This document shows, piece by piece, positions 28,436 to 38,030 of a DNA stretch of 64,000 bases; position 1 is the stretch's first letter; each line of letters starts with the position of its first letter. The translations under genes and the position numbers were made by a program. This DNA is from Candidatus Cryptoclostridium obscurum (GTDB taxonomy: Bacteria > Bacillota > Dehalobacteriia > UBA7702). The DNA is taken from assembly GCA_904420535.1 (NCBI GenBank), contig CAJFVQ010000009.1:7694-71693 (forward strand). The letters are read 5' to 3'. Under the pieces are notes generated by a model, which saw nothing but the letters and a program-made list of their open reading frames with translations, ran no database searches and had not been told where the DNA came from.

Positions 28436-28776
28436 TTAATTGCAGTGGTAAAAAGTAGTGTTTTTTCCAAAAAAAAGGCATGAAATCCCATATCGCTGCC
28501 AAATAAAACGATAGAAAGTAAAAAGTGTGAAATGAAACTGCGGCTCCTTCATAAAATAGAAAACGGGGCCAATCTCGTTGACTTACTTTATTTGTAAAGT
28601 CTATGGGAGAATACATCGTAAATAAAAAAGATATTTCAGTTTTGGAACTGCCAAATGCTCCAAATGCTCCAAAGTAAGGGGCGAAAATGAAAAACTGTAA
28701 CGCCGTTTACTAAAAATGAAATAAGAAACGGCAGAAAAAACTGCGAGGGTAGAGCTACCCGAGGTTCTGCCCTTCG

Positions 28777-28805
28777 CCTGCCCGTCATCGGGCAGGATTT
28801 TTTTT
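28777..28805 (+). terminator. Intrinsic terminator/attenuator immediately upstream of the mraZ RBS
   Basis: CCTGCCCG-TCAT-CGGGCAGG-A-T8, ending 19 nt before the ATG. Confidence 0.75.
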
Positions 28806-28824
28806 CCGGAAAGGAGGATGCCAC

Positions 28825-29277
28825 ATGGCCGGAGTAAAAAGACTTCGCGGTGAATATTTTCATACCATTGATAAAAAAGGCCGTATGAGCATCCCCGCTA
28901 AATTCCGGGAAACCTTTGGTGATATGCTGATGATGGCCAAGGGACCCAATCATTGTCTCTACTTTTATCCCATAGAAGAATGGGAAAAAGCGGAAGAAAA
29001 GGTTTTAAATGCAGAAAACAGTAGTACACCTCAGGGAAAATTCCTGATCCGCAATTTTATCGGTGGATCCCAGGATGTGGAAATCGATGCCATGGGTCGT
29101 GTGCTTGTTCCCCAAAGTCTCCGTGAATTTGCCGGACTTACCGACAAAATGGACGTCGTGGTGGTAGGGGTCGGTTCTAAGGCGGAAGTTTGGCCAAAAG
29201 CACATTGGGCGGAAACCATGGAAGAGGATAGCAAAATCCTCGATTACGACCAGTGTCTCAGCGACTTCGGTCTATGA
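28825..29277 (+). CDS. mraZ: Division/cell wall cluster transcriptional repressor
   Basis: GEYFHTIDKKGR.SIPAKFR and IDAMGRVLVP (two DxxxR repeats). Confidence 0.95.
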   Translation: MAGVKRLRGEYFHTIDKKGRMSIPAKFRETFGDMLMMAKGPNHCLYFYPIEEWEKAEEKVLNAENSSTPQGKFLIRNFIGGSQDVEIDAMGRVLVPQSLREFAGLTDKMDVVVVGVGSKAEVWPKAHWAETMEEDSKILDYDQCLSDFGL

Positions 29278-29340
29278 TGTGGTTTTTGTGTGATATACCG
29301 TGCGGGTATATATTATGTGGGATATATATTAGGAGAAACT

Positions 29341-30279
29341 ATGGATCATTTTCAGCATCAGCCGGTTTTACTGGAGGAAACCATTGCCAATTTGGTATGG
29401 AAAGAAGATGGGCTTTATGTGGATTGTACCTTGGGAGCAGGGGGCCACAGCGAAGCCATTCTACGACGGAACCTCAAGAGCCGCGTGATCGGAATTGATC
29501 AAGATCACGAGGCCATCGAGGCGGCTTCGGAAAGGCTCGCACCCTATGGTGATCGAGCTATTTTTGTTTGGAATAACTTTTGCAATTTTCGACAAATCAT
29601 GGAGGAATTGCAAATCCACCAAGTAGATGGTGTTTTGCTTGATCTTGGCATTTCTTCTCCTCAGTTAGATCATCAGGAACGAGGCTTTTCTTATCAGCAT
29701 AACGCACCTTTGGATATGCGTATGAATCAGCAAGCCGACATGGCTTCCGCGGCTGACCTGGTAAATCAATGCAGCGAAGAAGAACTTGCCGACATGATTT
29801 TTCGTTACGGCGAAGAGCGTTGGGCAAAACGCATCGCCCAATTTATTTGCCAACGGCGGCAGGAATTTCCCATTGAAACCACGGGAGAACTGGTCAGTAT
29901 CATCAAAGCTGCCATTCCCAAAAAAGCGAGGGAACATGGACATCATCCGGCGAAAAAGACATTTCAGGCATTACGCATCGCTGTAAACGACGAATTAAAT
30001 ATCATTGCACCTACCATGGAAGCAGCGGCGGAATTTCTATGTCCTGGAGGACGGCTCGCAGTGATCAGTTTTCACTCTCTGGAGGACCGAATTGTCAAAG
30101 AATCCATGAAGTATTTGGCCAAAGATTGTATCTGTCCGCCCAACCAAGTCGTTTGTACCTGCGATAAAAAGCAGTTGATACATATTATTACCAAAAAGCC
30201 CATATTGCCCGGAGAAGATGAACTAGAGGAGAATCCACGGGCCCGCAGTGCGAAATTGCGGGTCGGAGAACGAGTCTGA
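29341..30279 (+). CDS. rsmH: 16S rRNA m4C1402 methyltransferase
   Basis: HQPVLL, DCTLGAGGHS, DLGISS.QLD, FHSLEDR, NPRARSAKLR. Confidence 0.97.
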   Translation: MDHFQHQPVLLEETIANLVWKEDGLYVDCTLGAGGHSEAILRRNLKSRVIGIDQDHEAIEAASERLAPYGDRAIFVWNNFCNFRQIMEELQIHQVDGVLLDLGISSPQLDHQERGFSYQHNAPLDMRMNQQADMASAADLVNQCSEEELADMIFRYGEERWAKRIAQFICQRRQEFPIETTGELVSIIKAAIPKKAREHGHHPAKKTFQALRIAVNDELNIIAPTMEAAAEFLCPGGRLAVISFHSLEDRIVKESMKYLAKDCICPPNQVVCTCDKKQLIHIITKKPILPGEDELEENPRARSAKLRVGERV

Positions 30280-30292
30280 CAGGAGTATGGAA

Positions 30293-30733
30293 ATGAAATC
30301 ATCGACATCGAAGGAAATGACATCAGCTCCTAAGAAGCGGAGCACATTACGGCTTATTCGCCAAACACCTTTACGCTATTTGATGGTTGCTATGATTTTT
30401 TCCTTGGCACTATTATATCTTTCTACCAATAGTGTCATTGAAGAAAAAGGAGCGGAGATCCGCCAATTGAATGAAGAAATTGCTTCTTTAAGCGCGGAGA
30501 ATAAGGAGTTGGCTTTGGAAGAAGCAACTCTAACCACTCCTTCTCATATGGAAGCCGCTGCCCGCGAACTAGGCATGGTCTCTTGTGGGGAAGACAACAG
30601 AATATTTTATCTTGCCAAAGATGATGGGGGCGAAAGTGCCTCTGAAAAGAAAGAGGATCCTTTGACGGAAGAGGACACCTCCCTTCGTCAGCAGCTTTAT
30701 GAAGCGCTGTCCTCTGCAGAAAAAAACCGATAA
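30293..30733 (+). CDS. ftsL: Cell division protein FtsL-like
   Basis: Single TM followed by coiled coil and AARELGMV; lies between rsmH and the PBP gene. Confidence 0.7.
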   Translation: MKSSTSKEMTSAPKKRSTLRLIRQTPLRYLMVAMIFSLALLYLSTNSVIEEKGAEIRQLNEEIASLSAENKELALEEATLTTPSHMEAAARELGMVSCGEDNRIFYLAKDDGGESASEKKEDPLTEEDTSLRQQLYEALSSAEKNR

Positions 30734-30796
30734 CACCATTTGTCAAGTTTCATCAGTTCCTTTCATAAGCATTATCTGAAAGGCGGTTTTAGCATC

Positions 30797-32977
30797 ATGA
30801 AGACAAAAAGCTCTGTTATGTCAAAATTTTTTCGCACCCGAATTTTACTGGTTTTTGTTGCATTTTTCTTACTTTTTGCTATGGTTGTTTTGCGGCTTTT
30901 TTATTTACAGGTTGTTTCTGCCGATGAACTGGAATCCAAAGCCAAACAGCAGCAGATGCGGGAAGTCCCTGTGGAAGCAGAACGAGGAACTATCTTTGAT
31001 CGCAATGGCAATATTTTGGGAGCGAGCATATCTGTGGACTCTGTCTATGCAAGTCCTACGGAAATTAGTGCCGAAGAGGCGCCGGAAATTGCCAAGACTT
31101 TAGCGGAATTACTGAATTTGGAGGAAGACGCCGTTTATGAAAAACTGACCTCCGGCCGTGCTTATGAGTGGATTGGACGAAAGATTGATGAGGACACGGC
31201 AACAAAAATTCGAGAACTGGATCTTCCTGGCATCGGTCTGACGACGGAAACGAAGCGCAGTTATCCCAATGGAAATCTGGCATCCCATATTTTGGGTTTC
31301 GTCGGTGTCGATAATCAGGGGCTTGAGGGAATCGAAGCAATGATGGACGACACCCTCACCGGTTCCGACGGATATATTTTGGCTCAGTATGATAGTCATG
31401 GTCAAGAAATTACTGGTTCAAATCGAAGCTATGTCGATCCGGAAAACGGCGACAGCATCGTTCTTACCATTGATGAAAATATTCAATATTTTTGCGAGCG
31501 AGAATTGGATCAACTGATGAACGGAACAGTCAACCCCAAAGGGGCGGCCATTGTCATGATGGAAGCCAAAACAGGGGAGCTTCTTGCCTTGGCGGTGCGC
31601 CCCGACTATGATCCCAATGCATATGGTGATTATGACAGCAGTACCTGGCGCAACACTGCCATAAGCGATTTTTATGAGCCGGGCAGCACTGCAAAGATTT
31701 TGACCATCAGCGCCGCTTTGGAGGAAGGCGTGGTATCTGAGGAGGATCAGTTTTATGATCCCGGTTATATTTCCATTGGAAATCTAAAAATTAAGTGTTG
31801 GTCCTCGACCCCCCATGGCAGCCAGAGTTTTGTGGAAGTTGCAGAGAATTCTTGTAATCCCGGCTTTGTGGAAGTGGGGCAACGCATTGACGAAGACGAT
31901 AATGAAACCTTTTACCGTTACCTGAAAGCCTTTGGTATTGGTCAGGAAACCGGTTTGGAATTGCCCGGGGAAAGCAATGGAAGTCTTCGTGATCTTTCCT
32001 CGCAAGACGAGATCAATCCCATTGACGTCGCTAATATGTATATCGGTCAGGGTTACGGTGTGACTCCCATTCAGTTAGTCACTGCGGTTTCCGCAGCGGT
32101 GAACGGCGGAACTCTGATGGAACCTCATTTGGTCAAGGAAATTCGGGACAGCAATGGAAATGTGAAAGAGACCGTTGCGCCAAAGGAAATACGCCGTGTC
32201 ATCAGTGAAGAAACTTCTTCCAGGGTATGCAGTATTTTGGAGAGTGTTGTGGCCAACGGTACAGGAAATAAAGCGTACATTGAAGGATATCGCGTTGGCG
32301 GCAAGACGGGAACGGCCCAGAAGTTCATTGACGGCGCTTATTCCAAAAGTAAATATGTCGCCTCTTTCATTGGCTTTGCTCCGGCCGATGATCCTGAGAT
32401 AGTTTGTTTGGTAGTGATTGATGAACCCGGCAGTTATCCTATTTACGGTGGCACTATTGCGGCGCCGGTTTTTCAGAAAGTGGTTTCTGACACGCTTCCA
32501 TACCTCGGTGTGGAACCACAGATTTCCTCGGAAGAAGAAAACGATGGCGATACAACAAGTATAAAAGAAGAATTGGAAACGAAAACTATTGCCGTGCCCT
32601 CAGTAACGGGACTTTCCCAAGAGGAAGCGGAAAAAATATTAAATGAAAGCGGACTTACTCTTCGCATCAGCGGCGAAGGAGACATTGTTTCGTCCCAAGT
32701 TCCGGCTCCTTTGACCAAAGTGGCCAAAGGAGATGAAGTCATTCTCACCATGGGAGACGACGGAGCCGATACGGTGACAATACCCAATTTAAAAGGCAAA
32801 GGAATTTTGGCCTGTAGCGAAATTGCAGAGGCATTAGGCTTGGTCTTTGTTCCGGAAGGTTCCGGCATTGCCGTATCACAGCAGCCGGAAGCAGGAACTG
32901 AGTTGAAACGCGGCGAAGTAATCAAAGTCGTTTTTGAAAATCAAGACGAGACGGAAATAGAGACGCTTTCACCATAA
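30797..32977 (+). CDS. spoVD: Class B penicillin-binding protein with two PASTA domains (SpoVD/FtsI type)
   Basis: RGTIFDRNG, R.YP.G, G..G.E, EPGSTAK, SCN, KTGTAQK. Confidence 0.85.
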   Translation: MKTKSSVMSKFFRTRILLVFVAFFLLFAMVVLRLFYLQVVSADELESKAKQQQMREVPVEAERGTIFDRNGNILGASISVDSVYASPTEISAEEAPEIAKTLAELLNLEEDAVYEKLTSGRAYEWIGRKIDEDTATKIRELDLPGIGLTTETKRSYPNGNLASHILGFVGVDNQGLEGIEAMMDDTLTGSDGYILAQYDSHGQEITGSNRSYVDPENGDSIVLTIDENIQYFCERELDQLMNGTVNPKGAAIVMMEAKTGELLALAVRPDYDPNAYGDYDSSTWRNTAISDFYEPGSTAKILTISAALEEGVVSEEDQFYDPGYISIGNLKIKCWSSTPHGSQSFVEVAENSCNPGFVEVGQRIDEDDNETFYRYLKAFGIGQETGLELPGESNGSLRDLSSQDEINPIDVANMYIGQGYGVTPIQLVTAVSAAVNGGTLMEPHLVKEIRDSNGNVKETVAPKEIRRVISEETSSRVCSILESVVANGTGNKAYIEGYRVGGKTGTAQKFIDGAYSKSKYVASFIGFAPADDPEIVCLVVIDEPGSYPIYGGTIAAPVFQKVVSDTLPYLGVEPQISSEEENDGDTTSIKEELETKTIAVPSVTGLSQEEAEKILNESGLTLRISGEGDIVSSQVPAPLTKVAKGDEVILTMGDDGADTVTIPNLKGKGILACSEIAEALGLVFVPEGSGIAVSQQPEAGTELKRGEVIKVVFENQDETEIETLSP

Positions 32978-33016
32978 TAGCAGAATCGCCACTTAAGGTG
33001 TTAGGGAGGTTGAAAC

Positions 33017-34462
33017 ATGAAGTTGAAGGAGATTGCATCGGCATTGGGTATCCAATGTCATGGAGATGTGGAAATTACCGGGATCCAGTATGATTCCCGT
33101 AAAATAACTTCGGGAGATTTGTTTGTTTGTCTGCGGGGTAACGCCACCGATGGCCATCAATATGCCGCTAAAGCGGTTGCTATGGGAGCCGCAGCTTTAT
33201 TGGTTGAGGAGCTAATTCCCGCTTGTAATGTCCCGCAGCTTCTGGTAGAGAACTCCCGGCATGCACTGGCCCTGGCGGCAGAAGCATTTTTCGGATTCCC
33301 TCAAAAGTCTTTAAAATTAATCGGTCTTACTGGTACCAACGGTAAAACCACCACCACCCATTTGATTAAATGGATTTTAGATCGTCAAGGGAAAAAGACT
33401 GGACTCATCGGAACCAATCATATTATTATTGGCGACCGAGTCATTCCCGCTACCCATACCACACCGGAGTCTCTTGAAATATCATCTTATTTGCGTCAAA
33501 TGGTGGATTGCGGTTGTGAATATGCTGTGATGGAAGTCAGTTCTCACGGCTTGAAACAAGGGCGCGTTTCCGCACTGAATTTTTCTGCCGTGTCCTTTAC
33601 CAATCTTACGCAGGATCATCTTGACTATCATGATGATTTCGCGGACTATTTGGCATCAAAACAGATTTTATTTCGTTCTTTGGATCAAAACGCCGTTGCG
33701 GTTGTGAATTACGATGATCCCTATGGCAAAGAATTTATTGCTGTTTCCCCTGTAACTCCCAAAACCTTTGGCCATAAAGACGGTGCTGATTACCGCGGCC
33801 GCGACGTGGCAATTACACCACAGGGAACTGCCTTTATTTTGGATTGCGAGGGAACTTCTTATCAAGTGCAAACGCCACTTCTCGGTGATTTTAACGTCTA
33901 CAATGTTATGAACGCCATTGCGGTAACCCGCGGTCTTGGGGTAGATATGGAAGATATTTTGGAATCTATGGCGCAGGCACCCCAAGTACACGGTCGTTTT
34001 GAAAAAGTCAAGGCGGAGAAAGGGCCTACTGTGGTGATCGACTATGCCCACAGTCCTGACGGATTAAAAAATATTTTGACCACTGCCAATGAGATGAAAA
34101 AAGGCCGCGTGGTTTTAGTTTTTGGCTGTGGCGGAGATCGGGATCAGACGAAACGCCCGATTATGGGAAAAATCGGCGGCTCCATGTCGGATTTCGCTTA
34201 TGTTACATCGGATAATCCTCGTACGGAAGATCCCGCTTCTATCGTTGCCATGGTGGAAGAAGGGGTGAAAGAAAGCGGTGGCAATTATCAGGTGATTGTT
34301 GATCGTAGGGAGGCAATCAAAGAGGCGATTCTTCATGCGAAGCCCGAAGATATGGTAGTCATCGCCGGGAAGGGGCACGAGGATTACCAGATTTTAGGAA
34401 CAGAAAAGGTCCATTTTGACGATTTTGAAGAGGCAAAAAAGGCCTTGGCTCTTTATGAATGA
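33017..34462 (+). CDS. murE: UDP-MurNAc-Ala-Glu:meso-DAP ligase
   Basis: GTNGKTT, MEVSSH, DHLDYH, DYAH, DNPR (mDAP-type), GKGHE. Confidence 0.96.
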   Translation: MKLKEIASALGIQCHGDVEITGIQYDSRKITSGDLFVCLRGNATDGHQYAAKAVAMGAAALLVEELIPACNVPQLLVENSRHALALAAEAFFGFPQKSLKLIGLTGTNGKTTTTHLIKWILDRQGKKTGLIGTNHIIIGDRVIPATHTTPESLEISSYLRQMVDCGCEYAVMEVSSHGLKQGRVSALNFSAVSFTNLTQDHLDYHDDFADYLASKQILFRSLDQNAVAVVNYDDPYGKEFIAVSPVTPKTFGHKDGADYRGRDVAITPQGTAFILDCEGTSYQVQTPLLGDFNVYNVMNAIAVTRGLGVDMEDILESMAQAPQVHGRFEKVKAEKGPTVVIDYAHSPDGLKNILTTANEMKKGRVVLVFGCGGDRDQTKRPIMGKIGGSMSDFAYVTSDNPRTEDPASIVAMVEEGVKESGGNYQVIVDRREAIKEAILHAKPEDMVVIAGKGHEDYQILGTEKVHFDDFEEAKKALALYE

Positions 34463-34497
34463 CTGAGAAAAGAAGTGGAAAGGAACGATGAATCACC

Positions 34498-35487
34498 ATG
34501 AGAATATTACTTTGGCCGCTTTTGAGCGCTGTGATTCTAGGATTGATCTTGACGCCCATTGCTATTCCCATTTTGCGGAAACTCCGTTTTGGACAAAATG
34601 TACGAAATGATGGTCCCCAAGCTCATTTAAAAAAAAGTGGGACTCCCACCATGGGCGGGGTTGTTTTTATCGTGAATATGGTCATCATGACCTTGTTCTG
34701 GGGTGAATTTGGCTTTACCATGGGGCTGACTGTCGGCGTCACCGGTCTGTACGGTCTTTTGGGGTTTTCCGACGATTTTATCAAAACAGTAAAAAAACGT
34801 TCTTTAGGACTGCGAGCATGGCAAAAAATGCTGGGTGAAGTTTTGATTGCCGTGTTACTGATCTTTGGCGCAACGCTGGCACTGGGCCGCGGCACTGATT
34901 TGGCCATTCCCTTTTTGGGCACAGTCGATGCTGGTATTTTCTATTATATTTTGGCTTTCATTTTAGTGGCTGGGGTCACCAACGGCGTCAATCTTACCGA
35001 TGGCATGGACGGTCTTGCAGCAGGTTGCTGTTTCTTTTCTTATTTAGGATACGGCATTCTCTGTTTTCATTGTATTGGCCAACCTCCTTTTGCCGGGGTC
35101 AGCTATGAAACTCTTACTGCCTTTGCCGGAATTATGGCTGGGATCTGTTTAAGCTTCCTTTTCTTCAATCATTTCCCCGCAAAGGTCTTCATGGGAGATA
35201 CCGGTTCGTTGTTTTTAGGGGGTGGACTTGCGGTTTTATCCATCCTTACGGGAACGGAGTTTCTTTTAGTGGTCATGGGCGGCGTCTATGTCATTGAGGC
35301 TCTTTCCGTCATAATACAAGTAGTATCCTTTAAATTGACGGGAAAACGCGTGTTCCCTATGACTCCCATTCACCACAGCTTTGAGGTGGAAAATGGCCTC
35401 GGTTGGAAGGAAACCAAAGTGGTGCCTACCTTTTGGGCGGCTTCCGCTGTGTTTATGGCGTTAGCTCTGTTTTTATATTTCAATTAA
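34498..35487 (+). CDS. mraY: Phospho-N-acetylmuramoyl-pentapeptide transferase
   Basis: KSGTPTMGG, DD, NLTDGMDGL, FMGDTGS, PIHH. Confidence 0.97.
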   Translation: MRILLWPLLSAVILGLILTPIAIPILRKLRFGQNVRNDGPQAHLKKSGTPTMGGVVFIVNMVIMTLFWGEFGFTMGLTVGVTGLYGLLGFSDDFIKTVKKRSLGLRAWQKMLGEVLIAVLLIFGATLALGRGTDLAIPFLGTVDAGIFYYILAFILVAGVTNGVNLTDGMDGLAAGCCFFSYLGYGILCFHCIGQPPFAGVSYETLTAFAGIMAGICLSFLFFNHFPAKVFMGDTGSLFLGGGLAVLSILTGTEFLLVVMGGVYVIEALSVIIQVVSFKLTGKRVFPMTPIHHSFEVENGLGWKETKVVPTFWAASAVFMALALFLYFN

Positions 35488-35550
35488 AAATATCGGAAAT
35501 ATTTGCCTTTTTAGAAAGAAATAGTCTCTTTGGATTCGAGGTAACATAAA

Positions 35551-36942
35551 ATGCAAGTGAATGGTAAAAAAGTGCTGGTACTTGGTGGTGGAAAAAGTGG
35601 TATCAGCGCCGTAAAATTTTTATTGGAACGGGGCGCGGCTGTTGATCTTTACGACGGCAATGCCGAGAGAAAACCGCAATATGATGAGATTCCCGAAGCA
35701 GGGTTCATTCTGGGGAAGTCGCCGGATTTGGGGTCTGTGAGTTACGATTTTGCTGTTGTTAGTCCTGGCATTCCTCTTACCAATGCTGTGGTGGAATCGC
35801 TACAAGAGTCAAATATTCCCATCATGGGGGAATTGGAACTAGCTTCTCGTTTTCTCACTTGTGACATTATAGGTATTACCGGTACCAATGGTAAAACAAC
35901 GACCACTACTTTGGTGGGAGAAATTTTAAAGAATGCCGGTTTCCGCACCTTTGTCGGTGGGAATATCGGCACCCCTTTGTTAAAAGCTGTGGGGCAGGAT
36001 TACGAATATTGCGTGGTAGAAATGTCCAGTTTTCAGTTGGAAACCATTTCTTTGTTGGATGCCAAAGTTTCTCTATATTTGAATTTGACGCCAGATCATC
36101 TCGACCGTCATGGTTCCATGGAAGGGTATCTGGCAGCCAAAGGGAATTTGGCAGTGAAACAGTCTAAACAACATTTCACCGTTTTGAATTATGATGACCC
36201 CTATCTTGTGACTTTGGAAGATCAGACCCGGTCTCATTGTGTCTTTTTCAGCAGCGAGGAATATCTTTATGAAGGCACTTGCGTTCATAACGGAGAAATT
36301 TACTTTTCTGCCGGAACCGATGGGGAACGGGAATTTATCATGAAACGCGATGAAATCCATTTACCCGGTCCCCATAATTTGGAAAACGCTCTTGGCGCCA
36401 TCACCGTGGCAAAGCTGCTGGGTGTGGATACTAAGGTGATTCGCAATACATTGAAGACCTTTGAAGGTGTGGAACACCGTCTTGAGGATGTCGCTACCAT
36501 CAAAGGCGTCCGTTATATCAATGATTCTAAAGCGACGAACCCCGATTCCGTCTATAAAGCTTTGGCCTCTTACGGCACAACTCCCATCATTCTCATTGCC
36601 GGAGGGCGAAATAAAGGAAATTCTTTTGACACTTTAGGGAAATTAATTGCCGAAAAAGTAAAATATTTAATTCTTATCGGAGAGGCAGCAGAAGATATTG
36701 CCAAATCCGCAGAGAAAGCGGACTTTCATGAATATCAAATCGTAGAAAACTTAGCGGCTGCCGTGGCTTTGGCCGCGGAACACGGGGAAAAGGGAGATAT
36801 TGTTTTACTTTCCCCGGCCAACGCCAGCTTTGATCAGTTTCACAGTTATGAGCACCGTGGTGAAGTTTTTAAAGACATCGTGTTAAATCTTAAGAGGGGG
36901 AAAAACTATGCCCGGATTACCAGCGAGGAAAAAACAACCTGA
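35551..36942 (+). CDS. murD: UDP-MurNAc-Ala:D-Glu ligase
   Basis: VVSPGI, GTNGKTT, EMSSFQLE, DHLDRH, NDSKATN, SFDQF. Confidence 0.97.
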   Translation: MQVNGKKVLVLGGGKSGISAVKFLLERGAAVDLYDGNAERKPQYDEIPEAGFILGKSPDLGSVSYDFAVVSPGIPLTNAVVESLQESNIPIMGELELASRFLTCDIIGITGTNGKTTTTTLVGEILKNAGFRTFVGGNIGTPLLKAVGQDYEYCVVEMSSFQLETISLLDAKVSLYLNLTPDHLDRHGSMEGYLAAKGNLAVKQSKQHFTVLNYDDPYLVTLEDQTRSHCVFFSSEEYLYEGTCVHNGEIYFSAGTDGEREFIMKRDEIHLPGPHNLENALGAITVAKLLGVDTKVIRNTLKTFEGVEHRLEDVATIKGVRYINDSKATNPDSVYKALASYGTTPIILIAGGRNKGNSFDTLGKLIAEKVKYLILIGEAAEDIAKSAEKADFHEYQIVENLAAAVALAAEHGEKGDIVLLSPANASFDQFHSYEHRGEVFKDIVLNLKRGKNYARITSEEKTT

Positions 36943-38026
36943 TTTTCTGCTCCTACTGTCGGTAATCGGCCTTTTGTTGCTTGGTATCATTATGGTATTT
37001 AGCGCCAGTCAATACATGGCGGCAAACAGCGATATCAACGATGGCCTCTACTATTTAAAAAAACAATGCCTCTGGGCCGTTCTTGGTTTGGCGGCTCTGG
37101 TCTTTATGTTAAAAATTGATTATCATTTTTTGAAGAAATTGGCTTTGCCTGGATTGATCGCTGCGGTCATTTGTCTCATTTTGGTAAAAGTTGGCGCAGG
37201 TGCTTCCTCTCTGGGAGCTGAACGTACTTTAGTCTTGGGGCCTATTCACTTCCAGCCATCGGAATTTGTAAAACTTGCACTTATTTTGTTTTTCGCTTAT
37301 AATATGAGCGAACATCAAGATGTGATGGGTACCTTTCGCTACGGATTTTTACCCCATGTCATTGTGTTGGCGGTTTTTTGCGGTTTGATTATGCTGCAGC
37401 CAGATCTTGGCACTTCAGTGGCTTTGGCCGGCACTGCCTTTTTGATGATGGTCAGTGGCGGTGTAAAGTTCCGCTATCTCGCCGCTCTCATTGGTTTGGG
37501 GGTGGTTTTAGTAGGACTCGCCATTTGGTTGGAGCCTTTTCGTATGGCTCGTTTTACCGCCTTTTTGGATCCTTGGGAAGATCCTCTGGGATATGGTTTT
37601 CAAACAGTTCAGTCTCTCATTGCCATTGGCACCGGCGGCTTCTCCGGTGTGGGATTGGGAGCCGGCGGTTCCAAATGGTATTATTTGCCAGAAGTCCATA
37701 CAGATTTTATTTTTTCCATTATTGGAGAAGAATTGGGATTTGTTGGTACTGTGTTTACGGTTCTACTATTTGCCGTATTTGTATGGCGCGGTATCCGCAT
37801 TGCTCTCTCTTTGGAGGATTCTTTTGGTGCCTTGCTTGCCCTGGGAATCACCGCCATGGTGGGAGTCCAAACCTTAATCAATTTTTTTGTCGCTACGGGA
37901 ATGATGCCCGTAACCGGCATTGCCCTGCCTTTTATCAGTTATGGCGGTAGTTCATTGTTGTTTACCCTGGCTGCGGCGGGGGTGCTTTTAAATCTTTCTT
38001 CCTATATGCCCAAAGGAGGCAGTTGA
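36908..38026 (+). CDS. ftsW: SEDS peptidoglycan polymerase FtsW/SpoVE
   Basis: FQPSEFVK, QPDLGT, LPEVHTDFIF, PFISYGGSS. Confidence 0.93.
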   Translation: MPGLPARKKQPDFLLLLSVIGLLLLGIIMVFSASQYMAANSDINDGLYYLKKQCLWAVLGLAALVFMLKIDYHFLKKLALPGLIAAVICLILVKVGAGASSLGAERTLVLGPIHFQPSEFVKLALILFFAYNMSEHQDVMGTFRYGFLPHVIVLAVFCGLIMLQPDLGTSVALAGTAFLMMVSGGVKFRYLAALIGLGVVLVGLAIWLEPFRMARFTAFLDPWEDPLGYGFQTVQSLIAIGTGGFSGVGLGAGGSKWYYLPEVHTDFIFSIIGEELGFVGTVFTVLLFAVFVWRGIRIALSLEDSFGALLALGITAMVGVQTLINFFVATGMMPVTGIALPFISYGGSSLLFTLAAAGVLLNLSSYMPKGGS

Positions 38027-38030
38027 ATAT

